From assembly GCA_012295275.1 (NCBI GenBank), contig CM022670.1:15748001-15812000 (forward strand): a DNA stretch of 64,000 nucleotides, given 5' to 3'. The notes below the pieces were generated by a model. It did not search any database. It worked only from the letters and a program-made list of their open reading frames with translations, and had not been told where the DNA came from. Made by a program: the position numbers and the translations under genes. The stretch comes from Chrysomallon squamiferum (taxonomy: Eukaryota > Animalia > Mollusca). Of the stretch, positions 1 through 33,003 are shown in pieces. Numbering within the stretch: the stretch's first letter is position 1; each line of letters opens with the position of its first letter.

Positions 1-133
1 TAAATTTACAGCAAATAATAATAAATAGATACATATTTCACTAGTTAAATTTTCAGTTCACAGAACAAAAATTTTTATTTAATTTCACTAGTTAAATTTT
101 AATAATTTTAGAATAACGAATTCGTATTTTCAG

Positions 134-8991
<8,858 letters not shown>

Positions 8992-10299
8992 ACCATGTTT
9001 TATCCAAAAGACTATTACCACATACTTCATATTATTCTACAGCTCAAGAATATTTGTAAATAATATTTAATGTAAATTAATAAACTATTGGGTATCATAT
9101 ATTGAAGAAATGAGTTGTAAATAATTATTTTGTTTTAAAATGTTCTCTAGAAACTGTAAATTATTGATGTTAAAAAATTGTTATTTAATATTCTTTTGAA
9201 TGTTTATAGGAATATGAAATAAAACGAAAGTTGTTTTGTAATTTGTTGACAGTTCAAAAAGGAAATGCTGCAGGTATAGTGATACTAAAATGAGATACAG
9301 AGGAATCTCAGGATTTATATATTTATTTATTTCACAAATAGTATTCAGGAGACCTTTGTGATTTTGTTGGATTGCAGGCAATTATTATTAAGATTTTGTA
9401 ATATACATTTTTCTTTTATCTATGTGTTTCTTTATAATGTTTGGTTTTTTTTAACAAAATTTGAAAATATATAATGTGGTGTTGTAATATAATCAAATAT
9501 TTAATGTTTTATTTTTTAAAATAATGTATACTTTTTCTGAAAAGATTTCTGTTTCAGTGGGTATTTATTAAAATAACTTATTCTCCAGTATTCAGTTAAA
9601 ATTTTCAATTTTAGTATATATTTTATTTAAATGCCATTTGCAATATTGGCTCAAGATGGAATTTTTTATATTTTATTTTTAACAAACTTAATATATTTAG
9701 TGTGATGTAATAATAAAACATCTGATATAAAAATGAAAGAAAGAATTTTTTTTTTTTTTTTTTTATTCTTTGTATTTTTCAGTTACAAGTAACTGTACTT
9801 AAAACAATGCCTCTATGAAGTGTTTTGAACAGGTTATTTATTTTATTTTATGTTATTAATTTTATTTATTTATTTATTTATATTTATTTTTTTGTAATTA
9901 TCATTTTTAGAAAATATTTAGAGAGTTCGGCTTTGTTGTCAAATTTGTAAAAAAAAAAAAAAAAAAAGCATTAAAAATTAAATAATTGAGTGTTAAAAAC
10001 TCATTTGAGAAATGTTAGTTGTCTATAACCCAACAAAACAAACATTTTCTATATTTATTCTAAATAGTTATTGTTACGCGGATGATTGTTTAAAATGCCC
10101 GGTGAAGGATAGAAAATACTAATTTCAAAAACTGTGGGGCTTTGTTTTTTAAATATAACTTTAGTTATTGTTTTATTTATATTTAATATCCTATCTGTTA
10201 TTTTTTTGCAGTGTAAAATGTAACAGAATAATTGTAATTGATGCTCACATAAAATAATAATGAAAATAATTTTACTACTTTCTTTTCCTGTTGCAAACA

Positions 10300-11994
10300 G
10301 ATAAATTAAAAATGTCAAATATTTAAATATTCTAGATTCCCAGTTTAACAAACTAACAGGCAAAAAGATGTCCACTGATGCTGAGAAACTGATATTAAAA
10401 CACTGAAATTTAAATAATTTTGGTACTTTAATTTGAAATTTTTAATTTATACTAACATGCTGAGGAGTGCTTGGGTGTGACTCATCCAGCAACACATTTA
10501 CCTGCACTCTGGACAATCAGATAAGCATCACTTAAAAACTGAAAACTTCCTTGGGAATTCAAGCACTTGTTTCAAACTAAAGGAATCCACTAAATTAAAA
10601 TATACTGAGTATTTACACTATGCTAAAATCCATATTAAAGACTTTTAACTACAAAGTTTGTTTTAAATCAGTATTTATATGACAAAAAGTAATTACTAAA
10701 CTTCTGTTTCTTTCAGATAACATTTATTATGTTATTCATTTCTTTTGATAAGAAAAACGAATGTCTTATTTAGATGTTTGACTGGTTGCTCTAAATTTTT
10801 GAGAAGTGCTGACAATATTTTATATCACCAAAATTGACAGTTTGTTATTTTATTCATTTGTTAATAAATAAAACAGCACATATGTTATACTGTTTGTTAT
10901 GTACATATTTTATATTTACTGTCTTCTTTTTGACTACCTTGTTAAGTTACGGGAAAGTGTTATTATATGTGTAGAAAAAAATCTAAGGAAGGTTAACAAC
11001 AAATTGCCATTAAAAAGATTTTTATATTTGTTTATTCACGAATACTGTTAGGAATAAATTATTCTGAATACCATCACTGTGTTGGTTTTATTTTTTTTAT
11101 TTTTTTTTTTTTAATATAGATGCACCGTATCATTTTACAATTACTAGAAAAAAGGTGATAAATGTCAGAATTGATTTTGACATAACATCAGTTTATACAA
11201 TGTGTTATGATATAAAGCATCTCACCTTCTTAGACAATAAAATGGTTTCAGTATTTTTAGTGATTTTTAGTACTACTTGTACAACTGACTTGAAATAAAG
11301 CTGCACTATTTTAGGAAAAAACAAGTTATATCAATGTATGTTAGTAAAAAGAACATTCATTTTTAAAAGTTGGAGATAATCCCTACTGCTGATAAAATAT
11401 CTTGGATTAGTATTTGGATTTTAACAGTTGTATGCTATGTCCTGTACCAGTGGAGTTAATATAAATAAAAATAAAAAACAATCAATAGCAAGCAGGACCC
11501 AGTTTTCATTAAAGTTTTATAATGTAAAGTTTTAACATGGCTGAAAATATTAATTTCTATTTAAAAAAAAAAATAAAAAAATTTCATTTCAATTTATTTA
11601 AATTTTTGCAGAACGATTCTTAAACTGACTGGTTATCCATGGTGAACACTTTTTATGGTTTTGTATAGAAATTTTTATGTATCTAAGAAGTGAGTAACAT
11701 TTCACATTTTATTGTGTGTTATTTCAAAGAATGAACGTTTCAATTTGACAAAATTAAATATCTTAAAGTAACATTTGTGTTAAAAATGAGCCTTAAATAT
11801 TAGAGGAATATGTGCAGTACCAATATACAACCATTAAACAAATAAAAAATTATTTCAGAATTTTAGAAAACAAATTCATGCCTTTTCATTCATAGTGGGA
11901 AACAGTTGTAGACTGCCCATTAAAATCCAGATGGAATAGCATCACAACCAAAAACATCCCAGACCATGTACACAAATATCTAGAAACTGGTACT
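10300..11994 (+). pseudogene. Possible decayed Toll-like/TIR-domain gene
   Basis: Exon-like segments with polypyrimidine-AG and GT ends: 11120-11244, 11315-11335, 11612-11689, 11896-about 11994. Translations include YTMCYDIKH, LVIHGEHFLWFCIE, RLPIKIQM and NIPDHVHKYLETGT, loosely TIR-like. Stops and phase conflicts are present. Recognised by eye only. Confidence 0.3.
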
Positions 11995-12174
11995 GTAACA
12001 ATAATAATTGTTAAAATATATTTAATAGTAATTTAAAAAAAAAAAATTGTTCTTTTTTGTATTTCATTATTATTGAATTACTATAAAAATATAATGGATT
12101 TTGTTTTTGTTCAAGTCATGTACCACAAAGATAATTTATTTCCCAAATTATTTTTCTAAATGTTTAATTTTTTA

Positions 12175-12221
<47 letters not shown>

Positions 12222-12599
12222 GAAAAAAATTGTTGTTGGTAACATGAAGATTGCTGATTTTGTTAAATAATTTATTTATAATTTTAATATTCAGTTAATA
12301 ATCTAGTTGAAAACTGAGTTATTTACTGTCACACACACACACACACACTCACACACACACACACACATACACATATTAAGTCGTCGCAATTGTTTGGAAG
12401 TGTGTTTTTTTTTTTTTTTTTTTAACTATTTACATCGCTTATGAACAAAATATAACAAACATAAAATTATATGTTATAGTTATATATTAGAAACCCTTTT
12501 TTTTTTTTTTTTTAATTGCACAACTTGTAGCCTTGATAGTTCAATATCAACTCATCATCTAATAACTGACATACTACAAAGCTGAGCTAGTATCTGACA

Positions 12600-22519
<9,920 letters not shown>

Positions 22520-25500
22520 TTGCTGGACAGAGCTTGTCAGACTGATGCAGTCCTACTGGTCAACAAATGTTGGTGGCTTCTTTTCATAGCTTTTTATATA
22601 TCAACTTTTCGAAGGCAGAAAAAAGACCCCAAACATTTTATGTACATTTCGTAAATTAATATAAGATAATCAAGAGTTTAATAGATAATACATTTTTTTA
22701 AATCTACATGATGATGGTGAAAAGGAAGCTGTGATTAATAGAGTTCTGCAAAAGTATATAAAATTATCAGTAAAAATTAATGAATTTGTTTGTACACCAA
22801 GTTAACAAGATCTTGCACAGATTTTTATCCAGCCATGCAGTGAACACTCAGGAGAAAAAGACAGGTTAAAAATATAAATATTTTGTTTTTTGTTGATGGT
22901 AAAGCATTCTGCTATATATTGCATTCTGGCCATTTTGCAGTTTCATTAAAATAAAGTAAGCAACAAAAGCATGGAACTGGCAGAGTTGAGTAAATTGATT
23001 AACAAATCTTGAAGATAAATGGAAAACAAATAAAACAAAAATTAAGAATACATATTTTTTTATGCTATTGGAGTTCACACAAAGTATTTCTGTTTGGGGG
23101 GAAAAAAATTGTATCAAGTTCCATACATTACACTTCTTTTTTTTAGTGGATCTTGATGTCAGTATTTACTGAAAGAAACAAAAACTTAGCAAATTACAAA
23201 TAAAAGCTGAAATTCTCTGTGTGTTTATGGATATAGTTAATGTTAACATTCAAATCATCAGCTGATCTTGTGCCTTTTGTAGTTTTTGTTGGGATGTTTT
23301 TTGTGGGATTTTGTTGTTTGTTGTTGTTGAGCTTGTCAGTTTTATTTTTTTTTTTTTATTATTATTATTATTATCTGTCCCTTATTATTATTTTTTTTTT
23401 TTTATTATTTTTTTTTTTTTTTTGATTGATTGTTTTAAAGCTTCAGTGCAAAAACTCCAAAAGGAAATTCATACTTTTACTAACAATTTTTTTGTTGTTT
23501 GTCATGTTCTTGGCACTAATCATAGAGAAACTAATCCATATAAAAAATTTCAAAGTATGTAAATTTTGAGTAAAACAAAATACAAGAAAAAAAACTTTAA
23601 AAAGTGATATTTTCTTTTATATTTTCAGTCTTTTACTGAAATAAATTTGCACAAAATGATGTTATAATGCTCAACTGATTTTTATAAAGAAGTTTTGTTA
23701 CTAGGCATGGTGGTCTATAATGCCATTTGTGAAAATTATTATTTTTTTTTCTTTTCTTTTTGTTATTGCATAATACTTAACATACAGACACCAGTCAAAA
23801 AATACTAATTTTGTTTGGCTAATTCTGTAGAGTGTTTTTGTACTTTTGAAAATTAAGATGGCTAATTCCTGTGATTCTTGAGAGCAGTGTTTATGAGGAG
23901 CATAGGTCAGCTGACAAGTATCTCAGTTACAGTCAAGAATGGTTGGGAAAAAGATAATTTTAACATTTTGACCATTTAAAGAATTTGTTCTATTTCAAAG
24001 GCAGCACAATGTGCAGTTGCCGTTTCTGTTTCTTTTTTATTATTATTTTTATTTATTTATTTATTTATGTATTGGTTAAACCTACCTTTTCTTACAATGC
24101 AGGCATTCACATACACTTCAAATATTTGTAAATAATTTATAATATATAAATACTGACATTGATTTCAAGATGGAATTATGGTTCATTTTTTTTATTATTA
24201 TTATTATATATTTATTATTAATTTTTTAGTTTTTTGTTGTTCAATTTTTATTTTTTTATTTTTTTTTTTTATTTTACTTTATTCTTTCTCAATTATAAGA
24301 AAATTAACCTTTATTATAAAACTGGTTACAAAATAAACCAGTGTTTGATTAAGCAGTGTTCAGTTTGTGTAACCAGATTCAATACACCCCATAGCCAGTT
24401 TTCTTAATCACTTTACAGTGTTTTACTTGTGATGAGGAAAACATCCTTTCTCTGTATATATTTGACTAAATCTACCTTTAACCATGGGATGTTGATGATT
24501 TGTTAATGGTAAAACTGACATTTTAAAACTGTGTTACAGTTGTTTACAGTCGTATGCAAATTACTTCAGTGTACTAATTATAAGAAACAATACTGAGTTG
24601 AATATACTGGCTGTTTCTTGGCTGTGAAGAATTGTTCAAATGGCATTGTGTACAGATGTGTGACTGATGAAAACAGAACAGTAAATTTAAAAAATAGTAA
24701 ATGTCTATTATAAAATTACATGTAAATGTTAAATGTAAAACAGAATTGTTATATGTAGTATTTGCTTTTAAAAGTGTACATAGCCGGAGTAGACAAATAA
24801 ATTCAACAGCATCAAAACCTGAAATCTTGATCATTATTACTTGCATGCTAAATAATAAACAGAATTACAGTTCCATGAATCATATCCTGGTTGAAGACAG
24901 CAAATTGCATCCTTGGGTTCATCCTGGATTGGAAAACTAGCATTACAATGAAACCAACAGAGTATTCTTCTCTGCTCTGGCAAGAACAAAGATCAAGTTA
25001 AGAGGAATTAAACTAAAACTACCTCTCAAGTAAACCATAATGCAGTTTTCACTTGAGGTAAATTATAATTTAGTGTGATTTTTAAGACATGAATTTAACA
25101 AGCCCAAAGCACTGAAATATCCAAACAGTACCATCTATGTAATGTGCTGAAAATTAACAGGACTTTTATTTTGATTGGTACAGTTATTTACCTCATCTCA
25201 GAACTCTGTAATCATTTATCTGAAGAAGAAATTCTCAATAAGTAGTAATTGAAAGACAATGCTATCATTACTGCTGTAACATTTGTGTGTTCAACAGCGA
25301 ACTATATAGAAGTTAATCTCTTGCAAAAATTAATATTCTTTTTTTCCAGTTAATTTCTGGCATGCCTTAATTTGTCAATGTTATTAGTTTAAAACCTTCA
25401 AGACTGATCTTAATTAACTACCAGCAGTCTGTTCGCACCTTATTCTAAAAATTCATCGAGCTCTGTTCAGAACATCTCATATGCAGTATTACAATTGTTA

Positions 25501-28041
25501 TACATTTATAATTAAAAGTATATTTAACATTGTGGCAATTATTTTCAGGCAATGCACTGTTCCTTCTTTAATTTTTTCTTATAGCAGACTTCTGCTTTGA
25601 AAAATTAAGATAAATTAGCAATTTTGATATGCAAACACAAGAGGAAGTTCGCTTTTGTGTGTAGATCTCTACATTGTGATTCCAGTTACTTTCTGAAAAA
25701 GGAATAAAACAAGTTCTAAAACTGTTTCTATTTCAAAATTAATGTACAGATTTACAGACATTCTCAAAACATGCCATCAGCTGGTTATTAGGTTTACGTG
25801 CATGTAGTTTTCTGTAAGTGGCAAAGGGAAAAAAAACTAAGATCGTAAGAGTATCCCCTGGATTTCGGTTTATGTAGGTGTACTGGATCTTACGTTAAAA
25901 AGTATTATTTTTGAAAAATACTGTTGAATAATTGATAAGGGAGGGATTGATTAAAATGCTAAAGAAGAAAATACTTTAAATTTGTAAAATCTTTCTGGAC
26001 ACATGCAACTGATCAAATTAATATTTCATTAAATATTTCAGTTTTTGGGTAGACTGCATGCCATCATAAATTATTTTGTATAAAAGCACCAGTTAATTAC
26101 CAGTTAGATTAATGTTTTCAAGCATTTATTACTTCTTAAAATAATAAAATTATTTAATTAAAAATTGATAGAGATTTTTGTTAGCTCTCCATTATTTATA
26201 AAACAAAAACATATACTTGACAATATTTTAAAAAAAGGAAAAAAAAAGTCATCTTTATTAGTCTTTTCCAAAAATAAACATTTTATTTCTGACACTATGC
26301 AAGGCATATAACTTACATAAATGGACATGAGTGGAGTTGAAAATTAACGATATAATATACTGTATATAGAAATGAAAATATCACAATATGCAATGACTTC
26401 CACAAAATTTAGATTGTTCTTGTTTTCTCCCTTTATGTGAGAAACATTTATTTACATAATTTAAAGAATGAGTATTCTGTAAAAAGTGAAACTGAAAAAA
26501 AGAAAATAAGATTGTATATAACAATATATTTCATTCCATAATTGAGTGTATGAGAATATAATAACTGCAGAGTTAACAATATACAAGATTCACAAATGCA
26601 GTAAGAACTCTGGCCATTGAACAAATCAGATTTGAAACATATTAAGAAATGCATTACTTTAAATTGTGAAATGTTGGTGTAATCATGTAATGGTGTATCT
26701 TTGGTAATGCAATATTTCCTTCTTACAGTACATTTTCAGAATATAATGCAAAAACCACTTCTTGAAAGTCATCAACAATTTGTCACATGCAGTTTAGTTA
26801 GGTTAATCAATGTTACATTTATGAGAGAACATGTTAAATGTAATGATTAAGTCACAACCAACAAGTTGGTGCACCTTTTTCATATAGTAAGAATGCCTTT
26901 TTAGCTAAACATAAACTTTTTCAACATCAAATGACTCAATTATTTGTTATTTATAATAGTCCGTCATTATGGGTTATTTAAGTTTTGAAATAAAAAACTA
27001 ACGGAACACCTGAAACACACCTAAAAACAAGAACAAAGAAGACAATGACAACAGCTGATACTGTTCTAATTCTTAAAGAAAAGGTTTGTTTGTACCTTTT
27101 TCCACAATAATGTATGAAAAATGCACAATGGACCAACTCGGTACAACAGTCTTGTTTTCTGTATCAGTTAATTTCAACAAAGAACATTATTATAAATTAA
27201 AAATGAATGTTAGAATACCTCCATGAGACCCCTATTTAAATAATACTCAACAGATCTGTTTTGTGACTGAACAATATCATAACATTGCACATATGAAACT
27301 ATTAATCATTTTCTTCTTTTGCTCATTTTAAACTTCAACTGTTATTTTCTGAGATAAATTACTATGCATATTATTATTTTTTTTTTTTTACTAAAACAAT
27401 ATTTTATAATAACTGTTCTCTCCTAAAACAGTTTCTCCACTGTGCTGTCAACATTACATGTGGGTGATGTTTGGTGGGATGCTATATGGTCATAAACTCA
27501 CTGTTACTCCATTTTTTAAGAATATTAACTGCTCAAATGAAACCAGAAAAAAAATATATATATTAAAATATACAAACATGCAATCATACGTATGTACATA
27601 AAATGTGCATCATTTAATGCTGTTAAGATACCTTCACCTGTCGCATCCAAATCATTAAATGCTGAAATAAGTTTTAACATAAAATACTAGCAAACAAAAT
27701 TCTTGTACACCTGTACCAGCCTACTGTTATATATTCAGTCTGTATAGTATGATTTTAATTTTTGAAAGGAGATTTGCATTACAGTGCTTGCTGTTACTTA
27801 TGACAATGTTAATTACACTGGTTATTAAATGTTACAATTACAGTAACATATTTAAAAGTGTCTTTTTTCCCACTCTGAATCTTTTATCTATCAATTTATT
27901 TATCTATATCTTAATATATATTTATATATGTATGAGTATATACATACAGAGACAGACTCACGTGCACACACATACACACACAAACCCAAACACAGATCTT
28001 CTAAAATTGCAAGCCAACACTGACTGACTTAATTACTGTTT

Positions 28042-31000
28042 TCACAAAACCTGACTCGCTGCACTTTGACTTAAATAAATAATTGCCCCAACAAAGTTCA
28101 CGCCAGCTGCAATGAAGAAAACGGGAAACCAGCGTCCATGTGACTGGGTAACAAGTTCTGCTGTAAGAGGACCGCATGTAATTCCTGGTATTGTGGCCTG
28201 AAAAAATAAAACATTTAAACTGTACAAAGGTAAATATAAAGGTCTGTTTACATCTAGTACAGTAAAAAGGTGAACGGGTTTACATCTGGTACTGTACAAA
28301 GTCACCATCTCTTTCCATTTAGTACAAAACAAAGGTGAGTCTGTTCACATTTAAAACTGTACAAAGGTGAAATTCTGTTTACATTTAATAGTTTATAAAA
28401 ATGAGAATCTATTTACATTTAATGCTCTACACAGGCGGGTATTTATTTACATTTAATGCTGTACACAACTGAACAACAGCAAATATGTTTTCATTTGTTT
28501 TCATTTGTGTTTAATATTTAAAATTGTTCAAAGGTAAATATATGCATTTAATACTTTACAAAGGTGAATGTTTACATTTAAAACTGTACAAAGGTAAGAA
28601 TCTGTTTTTATTTAGTACAATACCAAGGTAAGTATCTGTTTACGTTTAATACTCTACGATGATGAATGTTTACATTTAATACTGTACAAAAATAAATATC
28701 CCCTGGATGCAAACTGAAAAATCTGATATTCTTGCCACATACAGTGTCTTCAACTTTAATTTTTTTGACCATGTATAGTTGATGTAGGTGTTACTTACAA
28801 GTGTATTTGAAATGGCAAAGGTTATCCCTGCATGGTTTGGTGCCACTTCTGCATGGTTGCTAAGGTGGCCAGACGAGTTACAAGCACTTAAACCCAGCGA
28901 TATGGAGACAAATCTAGAATCAGAAAATTTATTAATACATGCATTTGCCAAAACAATTTATAAGAAAACTGTGAATACAAATATCATATTAATATTATAT
29001 ATAATATATATATATATTTCACTTTTTTTTTTATTAAATGAACTAAAATGTGGCTGTAATAAAAAATAATGAACAACTGCCCAACAAGATATAATGATGA
29101 TGATGATGATGATGATAATTTGTTAAAATTTGATAAAAACTTAATTTGTATTTAATCATTTAAATAGTTATAAAGTACTTACAAAACTGCTAATGGTATA
29201 TTATTTACAGCACTAAAGAATAAGATAAATAATCCAGGTCCAAGTAAACCAATACTGGTCATTAATCTTCTCACTGACAATATTGTCCATTTGTGAGCAA
29301 TAAGAGCATCAGCAAAGTGTGCTGCCACTGTAAGAAATAAAAGTAATTAATTTTAATTTGCAGACCTATTATTTCTACATGGCTGTTAGAATGAATTTCA
29401 TCGATTTTCCATTCTATGTACGAAAAATCATGAAAATTACCATCGCATTATAGAATATGAACATTTTTATTATTAATTCTTTATATATGTAATTCTCACA
29501 AGCAGTATATATATGTGTGTGTATATGTAAGTGTGTGTGTGTGTGTGAATGTGTGGCCTGAGATATTAAGACTAGACACGTATAATGTCAATAATGCAGT
29601 AGATAACATTGTGATGTCCAATAATTATTATTATCATTATTATTTTAACATCAACAAAACTGACATAATGTTAAGAACTACCATAAGGAAACTTAATAAA
29701 AAAAGAAAAAAAAGAAATGAAAATGAAAGATATAGGACTAATACCAATGAACAGTGATAACTGACAGAAAATAACAATGTGGTGCTTAGCAAACAATATA
29801 AAGAAAATGTGCGCTTGAATCAACCATACATGATGTAATACAACAGACATAATGTGAACTCACCGACTCCCACTAAAGAGTTCATTACATAAGGCACTGC
29901 AGTCAGCATTATGTGACTCTGATTGGCACCAAGATTACGATGCATGTATGTGGGAAGCCACTGCATTATAATGTAATTGGACCAGTTCATACTGAAATGT
30001 GCTATGTATATGGACCACAAGGGCCAGTGACACAGAAATTCACTCCACCGGACATTAACATTGTTGACCTATGGTATCAAAAAACAAAAAATGTTCATTA
30101 ATAAAGTCCTGGCTTTGGAAATGAAAATAGTAAATTCATTAAATGTAGCAGTTAAATTAAAAATTGTTTGTATATTGATTTAAATGGAGATCCTAATGAA
30201 ACATGCAGTGGAAAAGAAATGGTAATTTTTATCCATTTTTAGTAATTGCTGTTTCTATTTATTCTGTGACAGTCTTTTTTCACACCTTTTTCTGAAGTAA
30301 TCATTTTTAGTTAAATAACACTGAAACTTTTGAATGTAATTATCATACTTCCACCTTGTATGCAGTAAAAACACCCTGAGCATTAGTCATCAAATTAATT
30401 TCATATGTATTTTCAGAGGATGAAAAAATAATTTTAAAAACAATGAAGATAAACAGAAAACAAGAAAGAAAAGCAGAATAATTCAACCCAAATTAGGAAT
30501 TTTCATGGATATATGAAAGAAGCCATAGAGAAGTGAAATTTGTATTTTTAATTATTATTTTATAAAGTAGTAATTTCTTTTTTCTTTTCTCTACTTACAC
30601 AAAATCATATAAATTTATATAAAATCATTAATGATTAATTTGGTAATTATACTCTAACAACAAATAAACTGATACAATTAGCTATTAATTAGCTGTAATT
30701 ACATTAATAATGTAATAAATTATTGCCATAAAATAAACGTATAAATTTTATTTTTATTAAATAATATTTGTTCAATTTACAATACTAACTCACCTTGGGT
30801 GGTTCTACAAATTCATCATCCAGAGAGCCTAGAGTTTCAGGATACATGAACAACCACACAAGCACCCAGACAAAACCCATAAAACCAAATAAATAGAACA
30901 TCCAAGGCCAGGACAAGTGAGGGCAGACCTTACAGAGACAGAAAAAAACAAAAAAATGCAGAAAAAAAAATAAGCAAAATAATTTGAAGGGTAAAAAATA

Positions 31001-33003
31001 TAACAAATAAGTACCTGATTTGTCAATTTAAAAATAAAATTTACTTTGAAATGTAATGAAGTAAAGCATTTAAACCATTAAAATAACATGTAATCATTAC
31101 AGCAGTTTGTAATTCATAAATAATCTATTATTTTATTAATAAATTTAATCTACAACAATGAGATAAGAATATAATAGATCAAACAATTATGTAAATGAAC
31201 TAAAATGTGGCTGTAATGAAATATAATCTAGAATTCTCCAATAAATAAATCCATCAGATATAAAATAATAATAATAATAATAAAAAGAATAAATTAATAT
31301 TGCACACCCAGTTATTATTACTTGAATTCTGCTGGGAATGATACTAATTTAAGTCTCATTGCTGAAACTGTCATGCAGTCCTACAGGTTATATAGTATAC
31401 TTTAAAAAAAATAATAAAAAAATACAGATATCGAGATATATAATTCTGTGGAAAAAATCCTAAGTATATCAAATGTTTTAATCCGAACTTCAGTTGCAAC
31501 GTAATTAACTTCCTAACGTAACTCATTATAAGATTGATTTTTTTATTATTTGCCAAACAGGGGAAATTAAGAGAAAACAATTAGAAATTTTAAGTAATAT
31601 TTTTATAAAAGAACAAATGGACATAAAAACACTGTACTCACCACAGCTGCCACAGTCTGACCTATTGACCCAGATGCAACTAAATAACCAAATGCTCGAG
31701 ATCGCTCTTCACCAGGAATTGCATGAGAAAAGATGTGAAAAATAGTTGGTAACCCTGTAGAGAAGAATTTAAACATTTAATTACATCTGACACATGTTAC
31801 TATCACTGCTATTATTATTCTGTGGATCAAATATAAAATCAACAAGATGGATTTTTCAGTTAAAAATTCAAAGATACATGGATTTTTTCCTGTCTGACTG
31901 AAAAATAATTATTACTTATTTGTTACTGTTGTTTTCTTTGTCATGGTTAAAAATGCTTAATAGTTATAAATGAGAAAATAATCATGCACAGCCTTGAAAA
32001 CATACTGCAGACAAGATGTGTGTTTTGAAATTGCTTACCCAGACCTTCTCCAAGACCCAATGCAACTCGAGAGAAAAACAAGGCATAGATTGAGTGAGCA
32101 AAAAATGGAACTAAGAATGTTGATAGTGACCACAATAACACGGACACACTTAAGATAATTTTTCCTCCATATTTTTTGGCAGCACTTCCACCAATGACCT
32201 GAAGAGACAATGAAAAGAAACTCTAATTAGATATCACAGCAAATTTTCTCTTTGTTCTGAAAATTATAATAATCAATTCAAAATTCTCATTGTAACAAAA
32301 CTGACACAAACCACGAGGAAGCACAGAAATTTTATTTAAATCATGAAACTTTTGAATCTTAATGTATTAATTTATAATAATAAAAATGGTTTCTTTTTCT
32401 AATTTCCATCAGTTCCACTGCCAAATAATGAAAAAAATAAAAACAAGTTGAGCATGACAATGTTTTTTCACTTTGATATAAAACAACAAAAGTTAACTAT
32501 AATTAATAAAATGATTAACTGAATGGTTTGCATTTGCTTTTTGTAAAAGGTAAGACATATGATCAAAAATCCATAAGCTATCACAATATTAGATTGTCAG
32601 ACATAAAACATATGTGAATATATAATTAATTTAAAAAAAATATTTAATCTAAAATAATGAGTGAAACAAGATAACGGATATCACAGTTATGTAAATGAAC
32701 TAAAATGTGGCTATAATAAAATATTATGTACAATTTTCTAATAAATAATAATAATAAAAATCCTGCTACCAGTTCAACAGAGAACATTTTTATTCAAATT
32801 TATTTTCTCTATTAGAGTGCATTTACCTGACTACTCATATATCCAACTGCAAATGAGCTTAGGACCCATCCTTGCCCATGCATATCCCAGTTAAATTCAT
32901 CTGTCATTGGCACAATTGCAATCGGCATTATCACGCGATCAGCAGAATTTATAAAGTTGGCAACAGAACACAACACAACAGCTTTTGACGTCTTTGTTAA
33001 CAT
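28042..33003 (-). CDS. SLC17 / anion:cation symporter (MFS) family transporter, PHT4/SLC17A9-like
   Basis: In-phase exons: 33003-32827, 32198-32039, 31754-31642, 30928-30794, 30068-29864, 29327-29183, 28913-28799, 28197-28042. Motifs: ADRVIMPIAIVPM, GWVLSSFAVGYMSSQVIGG, SRVALGLGEGLGLP, EERSRAFG, WLPTY, AGITFAISNTLATIPG; many hydrophobic helices. Confidence 0.9.
28210..28690. repeat. Degenerate minisatellite, about 33-bp unit (TCTGTTTACATTTAATACTGTACAAAGGTGAA-like), roughly a dozen copies
   Basis: Recurrent TTTACATTTAA...CTGTACAAAGGT blocks fill the last intron of the SLC17 gene. Confidence 0.85.

Noticed and set aside
28210-28690. Regularly spaced repeats of about 33 bp, superficially CRISPR-like
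   Set aside because: Degenerate head-to-tail units without unique spacers, inside a eukaryotic intron, with no cas genes.
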